From positions 96,001-160,000 of the IMG/VR virus record IMGVR_UViG_3300021387_001157: a stretch of 64,000 nt of DNA. The stretch is one strand, 5' to 3'. This document shows positions 47,501-56,004 of the stretch, one piece after another. The position numbers were made by a program, and so were the translations under genes. The DNA is from a virus (taxonomy: Duplodnaviria > Caudoviricetes). The notes below the pieces were generated by a model, which was given only the letters and a program-made list of their open reading frames with translations, ran no database searches and had not been told where the DNA came from. Positions within the stretch are counted from its first letter, which is position 1, and every line of letters begins with the position of its first letter.

Positions 47501-48516
47501 CCATAAAACCTTTTTATCCATATTTAAAAGATACTATTTTTTTACCAATCTTCATCAATCAACATTTATTGAGAAACCATACTTGTCACAATATGTTTTC
47601 ACAATATTGTCAAGTTCTGGTTTGAACTCGTGGTAATGTCTTTTTTGACTCAAATCCAAACTACATATGCTATTATTATGACTCTCCCAAAGCCATCCAC
47701 GTAGTTCTTCTATGACTTCTGAATCGTTAATAAATTCATCGAGATTAAAATTCTTGTCATTCAACTTATCTTTTAAAAAATGTGAAACCCCCCTCACACA
47801 TTCACAACAACAAATCTCAGAATACCAACTATCTGCTTTGGTTTCATCTTCTGTTTGATAGAAGTCTATATCAAACATTTTATATTTCCTATAATAAATT
47901 TTTATAACCATATAACTTTATTTTTTACAATAACAACTTTCTGAATGAATTATAGACACACCACCATTTGAATGTGCTGCAACAACATATTTGTGACCGT
48001 CTTCTATAACAGTTCTCACATCAACATTATGTGAAGATATACGATAAGAGTACGATGAAGAAAATAAAATTATTAGAAGACATAAAACAAATCCTATTAT
48101 AAAACTTTTCTTTTTCATATCTTTCTCCAATCCCATTTTCCGTTAAGACACCCCCATTCCTTAACCTCTCCATCAATATTTGTCCTTATATTTTCACTGA
48201 AATAACCGGTGTGGTTTTCACAAGCAAATCCCATTTTCAATGGACAACTATCATCCCCACGTTTTGGACAATTTGTAAAACAAGAATTTCCATATTTTTC
48301 ATTCATTGTTTCATCTATTGTCTTTTCCGTTTTTATTCTGTCCACAGGAAACCAGTTCCAATAACCATTAAGACACCCCCATTCGTTTAAGATGCCATTA
48401 ATCATTGTTTTTTTACCTGTTAGAAAAATACCTTCATGATTTTTACACGTAGAACAATCACCCCTCATCAAGGGACAATACGTACAATCTTTTGAATGTT
48501 TGCAAAAATTATTCAT
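44575..48516 (-). CDS. Run of about 9 hypothetical genes
   Basis: Packed minus-strand ORFs in the track. Confidence 0.55.
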
Positions 48517-48639
48517 AGTGATAAAATATTAAACTTCATACTAAATATAACAAAAAAAGGGTACAGAATGTACCCTTTTTATATTTTTTTCAACAAGGGT
48601 GTGACACCCATTGAGATATTGAAGACAGGATATTTTTTG

Positions 48640-48712
<73 letters not shown>

Positions 48713-48746
48713 ATTTAGTCAATATTTCTATCGACTAATTTATATT

Positions 48747-49400
48747 TTACCAATTGAAAGCATAACCAAATCTTTCGTCTGGACGATTTGGAACTGGATA
48801 CACGGGGTTATACGATGAAACAGAACCATCAACAGAAGATACATATGCTTGTACGTCTTGATTTCCAAAGATGTATAAAGGTTCCTTTTCGATTTGACCA
48901 GATTCTTTACGAAGGACACAGTGTCTTGAATGTGGTTTTACACAATTTGCTCTCATCATTGCATCATAGGCGTGTGCAAAATCAATTCCCATAGGGTTAA
49001 ATTTGTTCATTGGTTCGTCACCAAGCCAAAGACTGCTCGGAATTGAGTCATAGATTGTCGAGTCTACAGTATGTGTTATCAAATATATATCCATATCTCC
49101 AGACATTGAATCGGGTGCAAACGTAACAACTGAGAATATGTTTGTAACACTTGCAATATCGAAAACATCAGAGGAATCAATCCAGTCCTTTGAATCAATA
49201 CAGCACTCGAGCCAACGATAGTCTTTGAAATTTACAGTCATATACTCATTGTCAAGCATAATTGCTTTTTCAACGTCGACACCGGTAACATTATATGTAA
49301 GTGTATCATTTTCACCATCATTCTCTTGATGGCAAGAACTGCAAGAAATCGTAAAGACGGTAAGAAAAACCATCATCATAACAGTAAAAATCTTTTTCAT
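48747..49400 (-). CDS. Lipoprotein, paralog of 30563-31243
   Basis: Lipobox TISC; shared Cys motifs. Confidence 0.75.
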   Translation of the reverse strand: MKKIFTVMMMVFLTVFTISCSSCHQENDGENDTLTYNVTGVDVEKAIMLDNEYMTVNFKDYRWLECCIDSKDWIDSSDVFDIASVTNIFSVVTFAPDSMSGDMDIYLITHTVDSTIYDSIPSSLWLGDEPMNKFNPMGIDFAHAYDAMMRANCVKPHSRHCVLRKESGQIEKEPLYIFGNQDVQAYVSSVDGSVSSYNPVYPVPNRPDERFGYAFNW

Positions 49401-49525
49401 TTTTTGTGTATTTTTGTATATTATTATTTATTGTTTTGTAATCTAAATATAACAAAAAAGGTGTGATTTTTCACACCTAGATACAAATCTGACTTGGTTT
49501 TTTCATATTGTTATATTTGATTTTG

Positions 49526-49896
49526 TGACACCGGTGGGACTCGAACCCACGACCCCAGCATTAACTTACCACACTTGCTTTTATACAAGTCATCTCATTG
49601 AGACGTTGTAGTCTGGACTATTTCTTAACCATGCTTTACAGTTTAGGTCTCCACCTATATAGTCTCTACGCCATTTACACATTTCTGTGCTTTAGAGAGC
49701 CGTCGCCAAAGTCTATGTCACCATAGACGAGGTTTCCGTTTGTTAGGGTGGATTCTACATCCCGACAGCATTAATTGTCGTTTTCTCCTTTCAGAAAGGA
49801 TGCACTCTTTTTTGATTATGTTCTTTTCCATAAACTTTGTTATGAAAAGCACAAATCAGTCAAAGTGCCGTGCTCTACCTACTGAGCTACGGTGTC
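49526..49896 (-). tRNA. tRNA-Lys(TTT) interrupted by a group I intron
   Basis: Exons CGGCA-CTT and TTAA-TGCTG join to give loop CTTTTAA. Confidence 0.88.
49565..49862 (-). ncRNA. Group I intron (298 nt) after U34
   Basis: R-like GTAGAGACTATA, S-like AAGAAATAGTCCAG, terminal G. Confidence 0.88.
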
Positions 49897-50467
49897 AAAT
49901 TGACAGAAGTTCTTCAAGTTTTTCATTTTTTGTTCTGACTTGTGTCGACAAACTTGTGTATCGGTGAATACTTTCATTCGGCTCTGTCAAACCGTCCAAA
50001 AAAACTATCACAACTCTGGACTCTCTTCAGCATCCCTTTGAAGTCTTATGAGTCTTCGATTCTCGACAGGACACCACTCCCAAAGAAAGTGTTTTAGAGC
50101 TCATTATACACAATCTATCGAGGAAAAATCTGCTTCGGATGCATCGTGGGTTATCCCCTACCACGGGTAGAATGTTTATCGTCTCACATACCATTGACGT
50201 TAGCGAAACTATTTTGCATGACTCGGGGACTCGAACCTCCATCTCCACAGTTGGACCCGTGTTGTTCTACCGAATTAAACTATCGCCACTAGACGAGGTT
50301 TTGGACACCTCGTTTGTGATAATGGGTGGATTCGAACCACCATAGCCAAGAGTCTTTTCGTCTCAGTCAAGTATAGACCATGCTATCGTGGATAGTCTAT
50401 ATGACCTTCAAACGATTACTAATTAATCTTGTAGCACATCCTATCTGCTTCACACTATCATATTTTG

Positions 50468-50606
50468 CAGGAGTGGGAGGATTCGAACCACCGTCTACGG
50501 TTTTGTGACTATATATCAATTTCTCAATATATAACCTAGAATTAAAGGCTCTCACAGGACCTCACCCTGTATGGAGACCGTCATTCTGCCACTGAACTAC
50601 ACTCCT
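50468..50606 (-). tRNA. tRNA-Trp(CCA) with a 68-nt insert in the anticodon loop (50504-50571)
   Basis: ACGGT-CTCCA[insert]AA-ACCGT. Confidence 0.8.
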
Positions 50607-50726
50607 ATATTTGATACGACACTGAGATTCGAACTCTAAACCCCTTCACCCATTTAAGGGAGTTATCTGACCGTCGTCAGTCCCAGCATTGGGAGTGTGC
50701 TACTATTACACCATATCGTAATTTTG

Positions 50727-50800
50727 GGTGGTAAGTGAGATTCGAACTCACACTTCCGGTTCCACAGACCGACGTGCTAACCATTAACACTATAACCACC
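50727..50800 (-). tRNA. tRNA-His(GTG), G-1 encoded
   Basis: Loop CTGTGGA; G-1:C73. Confidence 0.88.
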
Positions 50801-50810
50801 ATATTTTTTG

Positions 50811-50884
50811 TTGCCATGATGGGACTCGAACCCACGACCACCTGCATATCCGGCAGGTGCTCTAACCGTCTGAGATACATGACA
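50811..50884 (-). tRNA. tRNA with GAT anticodon and atypical loop CGGATAT (G33)
   Basis: Full cloverleaf but non-canonical positions 33 and 38. Confidence 0.6.
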
Positions 50885-50966
50885 GATGACATGCCAACAA
50901 TGCATAAAATTAAGTCCTAATCAACCATCACGTGTTTTGGTTTTTCGAAAATAACCCGATACATCG

Positions 50967-51040
50967 TACCGTCGGGTGGATTTGAACCACCGAATGCAGC
51001 CTTATGAGAGCTGTGTCTTAGACCACTTGACGACGACGGC
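50967..51040 (-). tRNA. tRNA-Met/Ile2(CAT)
   Basis: Loop CTCATAA. Confidence 0.85.
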
Positions 51041-51172
51041 ATATAAATTCAGACGATGAGACTTGAACCCATACTCCAATGCAGGAACCGGTTTTTCTTG
51101 GAAATTGCTGACTTATTCTTTACATTGACCAAGAATATCCCTAATTCGACCAGCGTGTCTACCTTTCACTTG

Positions 51173-51246
51173 TACCCACGATGGGACTCGAACCCACAAA
51201 TCCTACATCCTAAGTGTAGTGCCTATTCCAATTCGGCTACGAGGGT
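51173..51246 (-). tRNA. tRNA with TAG (Leu) anticodon and no long variable arm
   Basis: Loop CTTAGGA; short variable loop. Confidence 0.75.
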
Positions 51247-51442
51247 GTTTTATTAGTGGAGTTATGTGGATTCGAACTTCATCTTCCAAACATCCATCAA
51301 TGTTCCTTTGACAAATGTAAGGTCTGATGAAGGGGGCAAAAGTTTTATAAAACCCCCACACACCCTCCTGTAACAAGTCTGTACACAACCATTACAGCCG
51401 GCTTCCAGCCCGTTTAAGAGAACTTAACCCCGTTTTTTTTTG

Positions 51443-51514
51443 AGCAGGTGATGGTAATCGAAACCACATATCCAGCTTGGAAGGCTGGCATACTAACCAT
51501 TGTACTACACCTGC
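51443..51514 (-). tRNA. tRNA-Gly(TCC)
   Basis: Loop CTTCCAA; U73. Confidence 0.88.
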
Positions 51515-51678
51515 TTGTTAAATATACAAGAACCGACCGGACTCGAACCTGCACTGACTGTCGTATTAAAACCTTTCGGTCTACCGTCCTACATTTACAA
51601 GGGACTCACCCCTTTCCAGTACTCATACAATTCGTGGCGAGAGTATACCAATTCCTCCTCACAGTCCTTGTCTATTTG

Positions 51679-51755
51679 TGTTGCTGGTTGGATTCGAACC
51701 AACGACCTTCTGTGTATCAGACAGATGCTCTAAAAACCAACTGAGCTACAGCAAC
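51679..51755 (-). tRNA. tRNA-Ile(GAT)
   Basis: Loop CTGATAC. Confidence 0.85.
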
Positions 51756-51763
51756 ATATTCTG

Positions 51764-51940
51764 TGGTGAGGGTAGGATTCGAACCTACGAACTCCGAAGA
51801 GGGCAGATTGCTCTGTATGCCAGACTCGAACTGACTATTTATGTTTATCATAAATTCTCCCGAATGAGTTTATACAGAGTTTGATTTTCAGTTTTCTCTG
51901 TATTACAGTCTGCTGCCATTAACCACTCGGCCACCTCACC
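51764..51940 (-). tRNA. tRNA-Tyr(GTA) with a 94-nt insert in the anticodon loop (about 51810-51903)
   Basis: GCAGA-CTGTA[insert]AA-TCTGC; long variable arm. Confidence 0.82.
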
Positions 51941-52130
51941 AAATTTGCAAGCTACAAACGTTTTCTCGGAACTTAACTTGCTGTGTTGTACTTCCACAAT
52001 AGTTTTGGGTGCTTTATCCTCACACCTCGTGGTTCTGATTTATCTAGTCAATTCAGAACAAACCCTGCTTTGCTCCGTTCCAATGCACTTATTGTCTTTG
52101 GCACTAGAATCGCTTAACAGTACAATCTTG

Positions 52131-52207
52131 TGCAGACAATGGGACTCGAACCCATAACCACCCACCGGTTTAGAGCAGGCACTCTACCATCATTGAGTTA
52201 TGTCCAC
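52131..52207 (-). tRNA. Atypical tRNA, possible CTA (amber) anticodon
   Basis: CTCTAAA in an imperfect anticodon arm; an alternative fold gives a 9-nt loop. Confidence 0.45.
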
Positions 52208-52212
52208 TTTTG

Positions 52213-52286
52213 TGGGACCGAGCCGATTTGAACGGATACCTCCAGATTTTCAGTCTGGCGTGACACACCAGTTACACCACAGTCCC
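52213..52286 (-). tRNA. tRNA-Phe(GAA)
   Basis: Loop CTGAAAA. Confidence 0.85.
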
Positions 52287-52321
52287 AATTTGAGGTTTTT
52301 GATGAACCTCTTAACATTTTG

Positions 52322-52444
52322 TCGGGAGGGTGGGACTCGAACCCACGACCACGGCTACCCAAAAGCTATTAGAAAAACGTTGCTGTTTGATTCTTTACCA
52401 AGAATCTATCATTTACGTGCTCTAACCAACTGAGCTACCTCCCG
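52322..52444 (-). tRNA. tRNA-Pro(TGG) with a 49-nt insert at 28/29 (52367-52415)
   Basis: CG[insert]GCT-TTTGGGT-AGCCG. Confidence 0.8.
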
Positions 52445-52549
52445 TTCTTAAAAAAAGCAGACCCGCTTACCAACTACTTGACCGAGGGCTGTCTCCCCTT
52501 TCGAGGTGCCTTCGTTGGTGGACTTGAACCACTCCCATATCTGCTATTG

Positions 52550-52624
52550 TGGGACCCCAGGGAGTTGAACCCCAGCCTCCGGATTTTCAGTCCGGCGTAC
52601 AATTACCACCTATACGAGAGTCCC
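52550..52624 (-). tRNA. tRNA-Phe(GAA), second copy
   Basis: Loop CTGAAAA. Confidence 0.85.
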
Positions 52625-52971
52625 AAAAAAACGAGTATATACTTATGAATCCTCGTCATCCTATATACCCCACGACCAAACTAAACGTGTTGACCTGCTC
52701 CATAGTTTACTTAATGGCCTCCAGTATAAGCGAATGTACTCGTTTGTGAAATATGGTGGGACTTGAACCCACGGCCTCCCCCGGCGGGGGGTGCTCTACC
52801 AACTGAGCTACACAATCACTTCCGAATCACATGGAAAATGGTTCTTTATAGTACCAATAACCTTGTTTCCACCAGTTAGGTCAGGAACATACCTCCGCCT
52901 ATTTCTACCAAGACGGCTAATCCTCATCCTTTTATATCGCCCGACGAGGAACGGGCTATCACATGTGAGAG

Positions 52972-53045
52972 TGGACCACGATGGGATTCGAACCCACGAC
53001 CCTCTGACTGCCAGTCAGATGCTCTACCGACTGAGCTACGAGCCC
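52972..53045 (-). tRNA. tRNA-Ala(GGC)
   Basis: G3-U70; loop CTGGCAG; one extra nt in the acceptor 3' strand. Confidence 0.85.
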
Positions 53046-53141
53046 ATGAAAATTGAGTTGTTTAAGGTCTAACTCAAGACTAACGACCGGGGCTGTCATC
53101 GATTCCACCATCCGATTTTATACGACATCGGAAAACGTTAG

Positions 53142-53261
53142 CGGAGAGAGTGGGACTCGAACCCACGACTACGGTCGTGACAGGACATTGAAGAACGTTG
53201 CTGTATGATTCTTTTTCAAGAATACTCTATTTACGTGTTCTACCAACTGAACTACCTCTCC
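53142..53261 (-). tRNA. tRNA-Asp(GTC) with a 47-nt insert at 28/29 (53187-53233)
   Basis: CG[insert]GTC-CTGTCAC-GACCG. Confidence 0.8.
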
Positions 53262-53406
53262 ATTTTGAGTTGTTTTAAGTCCAACCCAAACGACTGGGGC
53301 TTGCCGGTTTGAATCCGACGAGCGGTTCCACCATCCGATTTTATACGACATCGGAAAACGTTAACAAGAATCCATAGAATAGTTCAGTAAAATATAGAAA
53401 AATATT

Positions 53407-53735
53407 CTAATATCTTACATTTTGTTCGAGGTTCATAGAACTTGCTACTGCTTGTTCTCCCACTCGCTTAAATTCGGGTGAACTCAACCCTATTATTCGT
53501 TTTCCTTCTTCTAGTATATTCTTTGCTGCGTTAATATCTCTGTCGTGTACAACACCACATTCAGGACAAAACCCACTCTCTATCAGAGAGTTGTAATAAG
53601 TCATTTTTATAACCACAGCAATAACATGTCTTTGATGAAGGATAAAATCTATCTATAAAGATTACTTTTTTATCATTCCAAGATGCTTTGTATTGAATTA
53701 TTTGTTTTTAACTCACAGAAACTAACATCCAGTGT
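53407..53735 (-). pseudogene. tnpB: IS200/IS605 TnpB C-terminal remnant, frameshifted
   Basis: QIIQYKASWNDKKVIFIDRFYPSSKTCYCCG in one frame, CPECGVVHDRDINAAKNIL in another. Confidence 0.85.
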
Positions 53736-53745
53736 TTTATCTTAG

Positions 53746-53819
53746 TGGACACAGATGGGAATCGAACCCATGACTACCTGTTTGCAAAACAGGAGTTCTA
53801 CCAACTGAACTACTGGCCC
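53746..53819 (-). tRNA. tRNA-Ala(TGC)
   Basis: G3-U70; loop TTTGCAA; one extra nt in the acceptor 3' strand. Confidence 0.85.
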
Positions 53820-53877
53820 ATGAAAATTGAGTTGTTTAAGGTCTAACTCAAGACTAACGACACTAACTTACCAATTG

Positions 53878-53962
53878 TGCCCAAGACAGGACTTGAACCT
53901 GCACTCCCTAAACGGGAACCAGCCCCTCAAGCTGGCGTGTCTACCAATTCCACCACCTGGGC
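53878..53962 (-). tRNA. tRNA-Leu(GAG)
   Basis: Class II body; loop TTGAGGG. Confidence 0.9.
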
Positions 53963-54019
53963 ATTTGTTGTTTTTAATGCTTCTATATATTTTTTAGTTC
54001 ATTTTTTTAGTTCAAATTG

Positions 54020-54090
54020 TTGGAGTAACTGGATTTGAACCAGTACTATATCCTCCAAAGGGACATGTGCTGCCATTACACCATACTCCA
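54020..54090 (-). tRNA. tRNA-Gln(TTG)
   Basis: Loop CTTTGGA; U1-A72. Confidence 0.88.
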
Positions 54091-54114
54091 ATGTCCAATG
54101 TTGTTTTATCTGCA

Positions 54115-54151
54115 AATAAAAAATCCCACACTTTCGAAAGAATGTGTGAGA
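54115..54151 (-). terminator. Terminator hairpin just upstream of tRNA-Gln
   Basis: TCTCACAC...GTGTGGGA followed by a U-tract. Confidence 0.65.
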
Positions 54152-54213
54152 TGTTGGATATATGTTGAGATTAAAATGTGTTTCTAAAAAATCTTACAAA
54201 TGATACAAACAAA

Positions 54214-54309
54214 TCACACAACTATGGACACAAATAGGATAATCGCCATCTGATAAAACCAGTAGACGAGTCCTTTTTTAAATCCCTTATGTTGTTTATT
54301 TGTATTCAT
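54214..54309 (-). CDS. 31-aa small ORF, candidate leader peptide
   Basis: MNTNKQHKGFKKGLVYWFYQMAIILFVSIVV, read manually. Confidence 0.4.
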   Translation of the reverse strand: MNTNKQHKGFKKGLVYWFYQMAIILFVSIVV

Positions 54310-54340
54310 ATCTTCGTTATTTATGTAAGTTTCTTTTCTA

Positions 54341-54877
54341 TTATTTATGTAAATTAATTTCATATGGTTTTATTGAGCGTTTAACTCTTGCACCACTTCC
54401 ATATATAAGACTATCTGCAAGTGTATTTCCGACTTCTGGAAGACCATTACGTCTTTTGTTGTTTAACTGGTCAGTATCTGGTTTCAATTCCTTTATTTTT
54501 ATAACCACAGAATATACAACCACTTTATCATATGGATAACCAAACTCTCCGAAAGTTTTTGCAAAATCTGGATAAACAGAAAGATATACATATCCACATT
54601 CAGACTGAAAACTTTTTTTCCTTTTTAGACTTGTGGTTAAAATACCCTTATCCATTATAGGATTTTTTTCACTTGTACCATGATAAAGTCTTATATAGTC
54701 TTCCTTGTGTCTTCTCAACCATTTGTTAAACTCATCAACAAGTTTTTCGTTATATTCACCATTAAATGAAGTGAAGAACTTAGAAGTTTCCTCATCATCT
54801 AATACATCGTATGTCTTTGGCTCTCTATAACTACCATAGTATAATTCATTAATAAATTCATCAAACTTTTTAATCAT
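54341..54877 (-). CDS. Hypothetical protein with ADP-ribosyltransferase/Tpt1-like motifs
   Basis: RLYHGTS...I...G...YVYLS...A..F; N-terminal IKKFDEFINE leader typical of large-phage proteins. Confidence 0.5.
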   Translation of the reverse strand: MIKKFDEFINELYYGSYREPKTYDVLDDEETSKFFTSFNGEYNEKLVDEFNKWLRRHKEDYIRLYHGTSEKNPIMDKGILTTSLKRKKSFQSECGYVYLSVYPDFAKTFGEFGYPYDKVVVYSVVIKIKELKPDTDQLNNKRRNGLPEVGNTLADSLIYGSGARVKRSIKPYEINLHK

Positions 54878-54911
54878 ATTTATGTTTGCTTTATTTATTT
54901 ATGAATTTTTG

Positions 54912-54985
54912 TACTCCGGACGGGACTCGAACCCGTAATCTCCACCGTGAAAGGGTGGTGTCCTAACCAATTAGACGACCGGAGC
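54912..54985 (-). tRNA. tRNA-Glu(TTC)
   Basis: Loop CTTTCAC. Confidence 0.92.
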
Positions 54986-55054
54986 ATAGTTGTACCGATG
55001 TCGCTCGATACGGGCGGGTGAAAAATCACCATCTTGCCAAGTCGGGTTTTTATG

Positions 55055-55127
55055 TCGGGCAGAGAGGACTCGAACCTCCGACCCCTTGGTCCCAAACCAA
55101 GTGCTCTACCAACTGAGCTACTACCCG
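55055..55127 (-). tRNA. tRNA-Pro(TGG), intact
   Basis: Loop TTTGGGA. Confidence 0.92.
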
Positions 55128-55583
55128 TTTTTACTAAAGTGTGTTGTGAATACACTTATAGTCTAACACATAACCTATTTCAGTGTATTCCAAAGTGAAT
55201 ATCTCTTTGACCGGTTTGCTACCATACAAATTCGGTCAGAAGGACTGACCATTTGTGTGTTTTTTTCCACACCAGCACTCCTTTAGGGAAACATTCTCTT
55301 AACATATTTCCCGTTCTCGGTCGTTTCCAATTCCGATACTAGGTAGTTGTCTTACATCACCTGAACATCCGGTTGACAACTGGGCGAGCATAAATTTTCC
55401 GGATATCTTTTCCAAACTTTCATTGCTTATAGGAACAATATTTGGGTTTCGGGTTTCACTTATTCAGACTCCAATTGATATATAATAGAGTGTGAACGTG
55501 AACATTTCATATATATAATACCATAATTTCTCTGCCTATAACACCTCGGATGAAAATTCCGAGCCCTATTCCTTATAGTATTG

Positions 55584-55656
55584 TGGACCCACTGGGAATC
55601 GAACCCAGACCTAAGGCTTGCAAAGCCCTCGTGCTCGCCGTTATCACCATAGGCCC
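55584..55656 (-). tRNA. tRNA-Ala(TGC), second copy
   Basis: G3-U70; loop TTTGCAA. Confidence 0.85.
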
Positions 55657-55723
55657 ATATCAAGACTTTTTGACACAAATTCTTCAAATCAACTTAGAAG
55701 AAGTGATATTATTTGTTGCATAA

Positions 55724-55846
55724 CAAGATTCTTTAATTAACTTCATAAAAAGTATCTTTTCAAATTTGTGCCGGACGGTCTTGTCTTCGTCCTTAAACGT
55801 TTACATGATGCTTATAATTTTGTAAATCGTTGCTGTTTGAATCTTT
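55724..55846 (-). ncRNA. Free-standing ACAGCAA stem-loop RNA, long form
   Basis: AAGATTC-AAACAGCAA...GAATCTTG. Confidence 0.55.
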
Positions 55847-55860
55847 AACAAACAATATTG

Positions 55861-55932
55861 AGCCCTCTATTGGAATCGAACCAATATCTGAAGATTACAA
55901 ATCTACTATAATAACCTTTATACTAAGAGGGC
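55861..55932 (-). tRNA. tRNA-Thr(TGT)
   Basis: Loop TTTGTAA. Confidence 0.82.
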
Positions 55933-55937
55933 TTTTA

Positions 55938-55999
55938 CAAGGTTCACTTTTATGAGTCGAACATAATAGAACCGAAAAACAGTTGCTGTATGAACCTTT
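55938..55999 (-). ncRNA. Free-standing ACAGCAA stem-loop RNA
   Basis: AAGGTTCA-TACAGCAA...TGAACCTTG. Confidence 0.65.
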
Positions 56000-56004
56000 A
56001 ATTT

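Noticed and set aside
1-48516. TAG-to-Gln recoding as in Lak phages
   Set aside because: Long intact ORFs tile the region in code 11, and TAG ends genes right before the next start (4491, 8822)
50217-50290. Functional tRNA
   Set aside because: The acceptor stem is poorly paired and the anticodon loop is irregular; probably a pseudo-tRNA
53407-53735. Active TnpB or Cas12-like system
   Set aside because: Only a frameshifted C-terminal fragment remains
50000-55050. RNase P RNA (GAAGAGAGTCC near 50020; AAAACCCGACTTG near 55045)
   Set aside because: The partial motifs are far apart, in the wrong order, and form no P4 pairing
55938-55999. preQ1 riboswitch reading of AGGTTC...ACAGCAA
   Set aside because: It lacks the short P1 stem with an A-rich tail, has no downstream gene, and occurs in multiple copies among tRNAs
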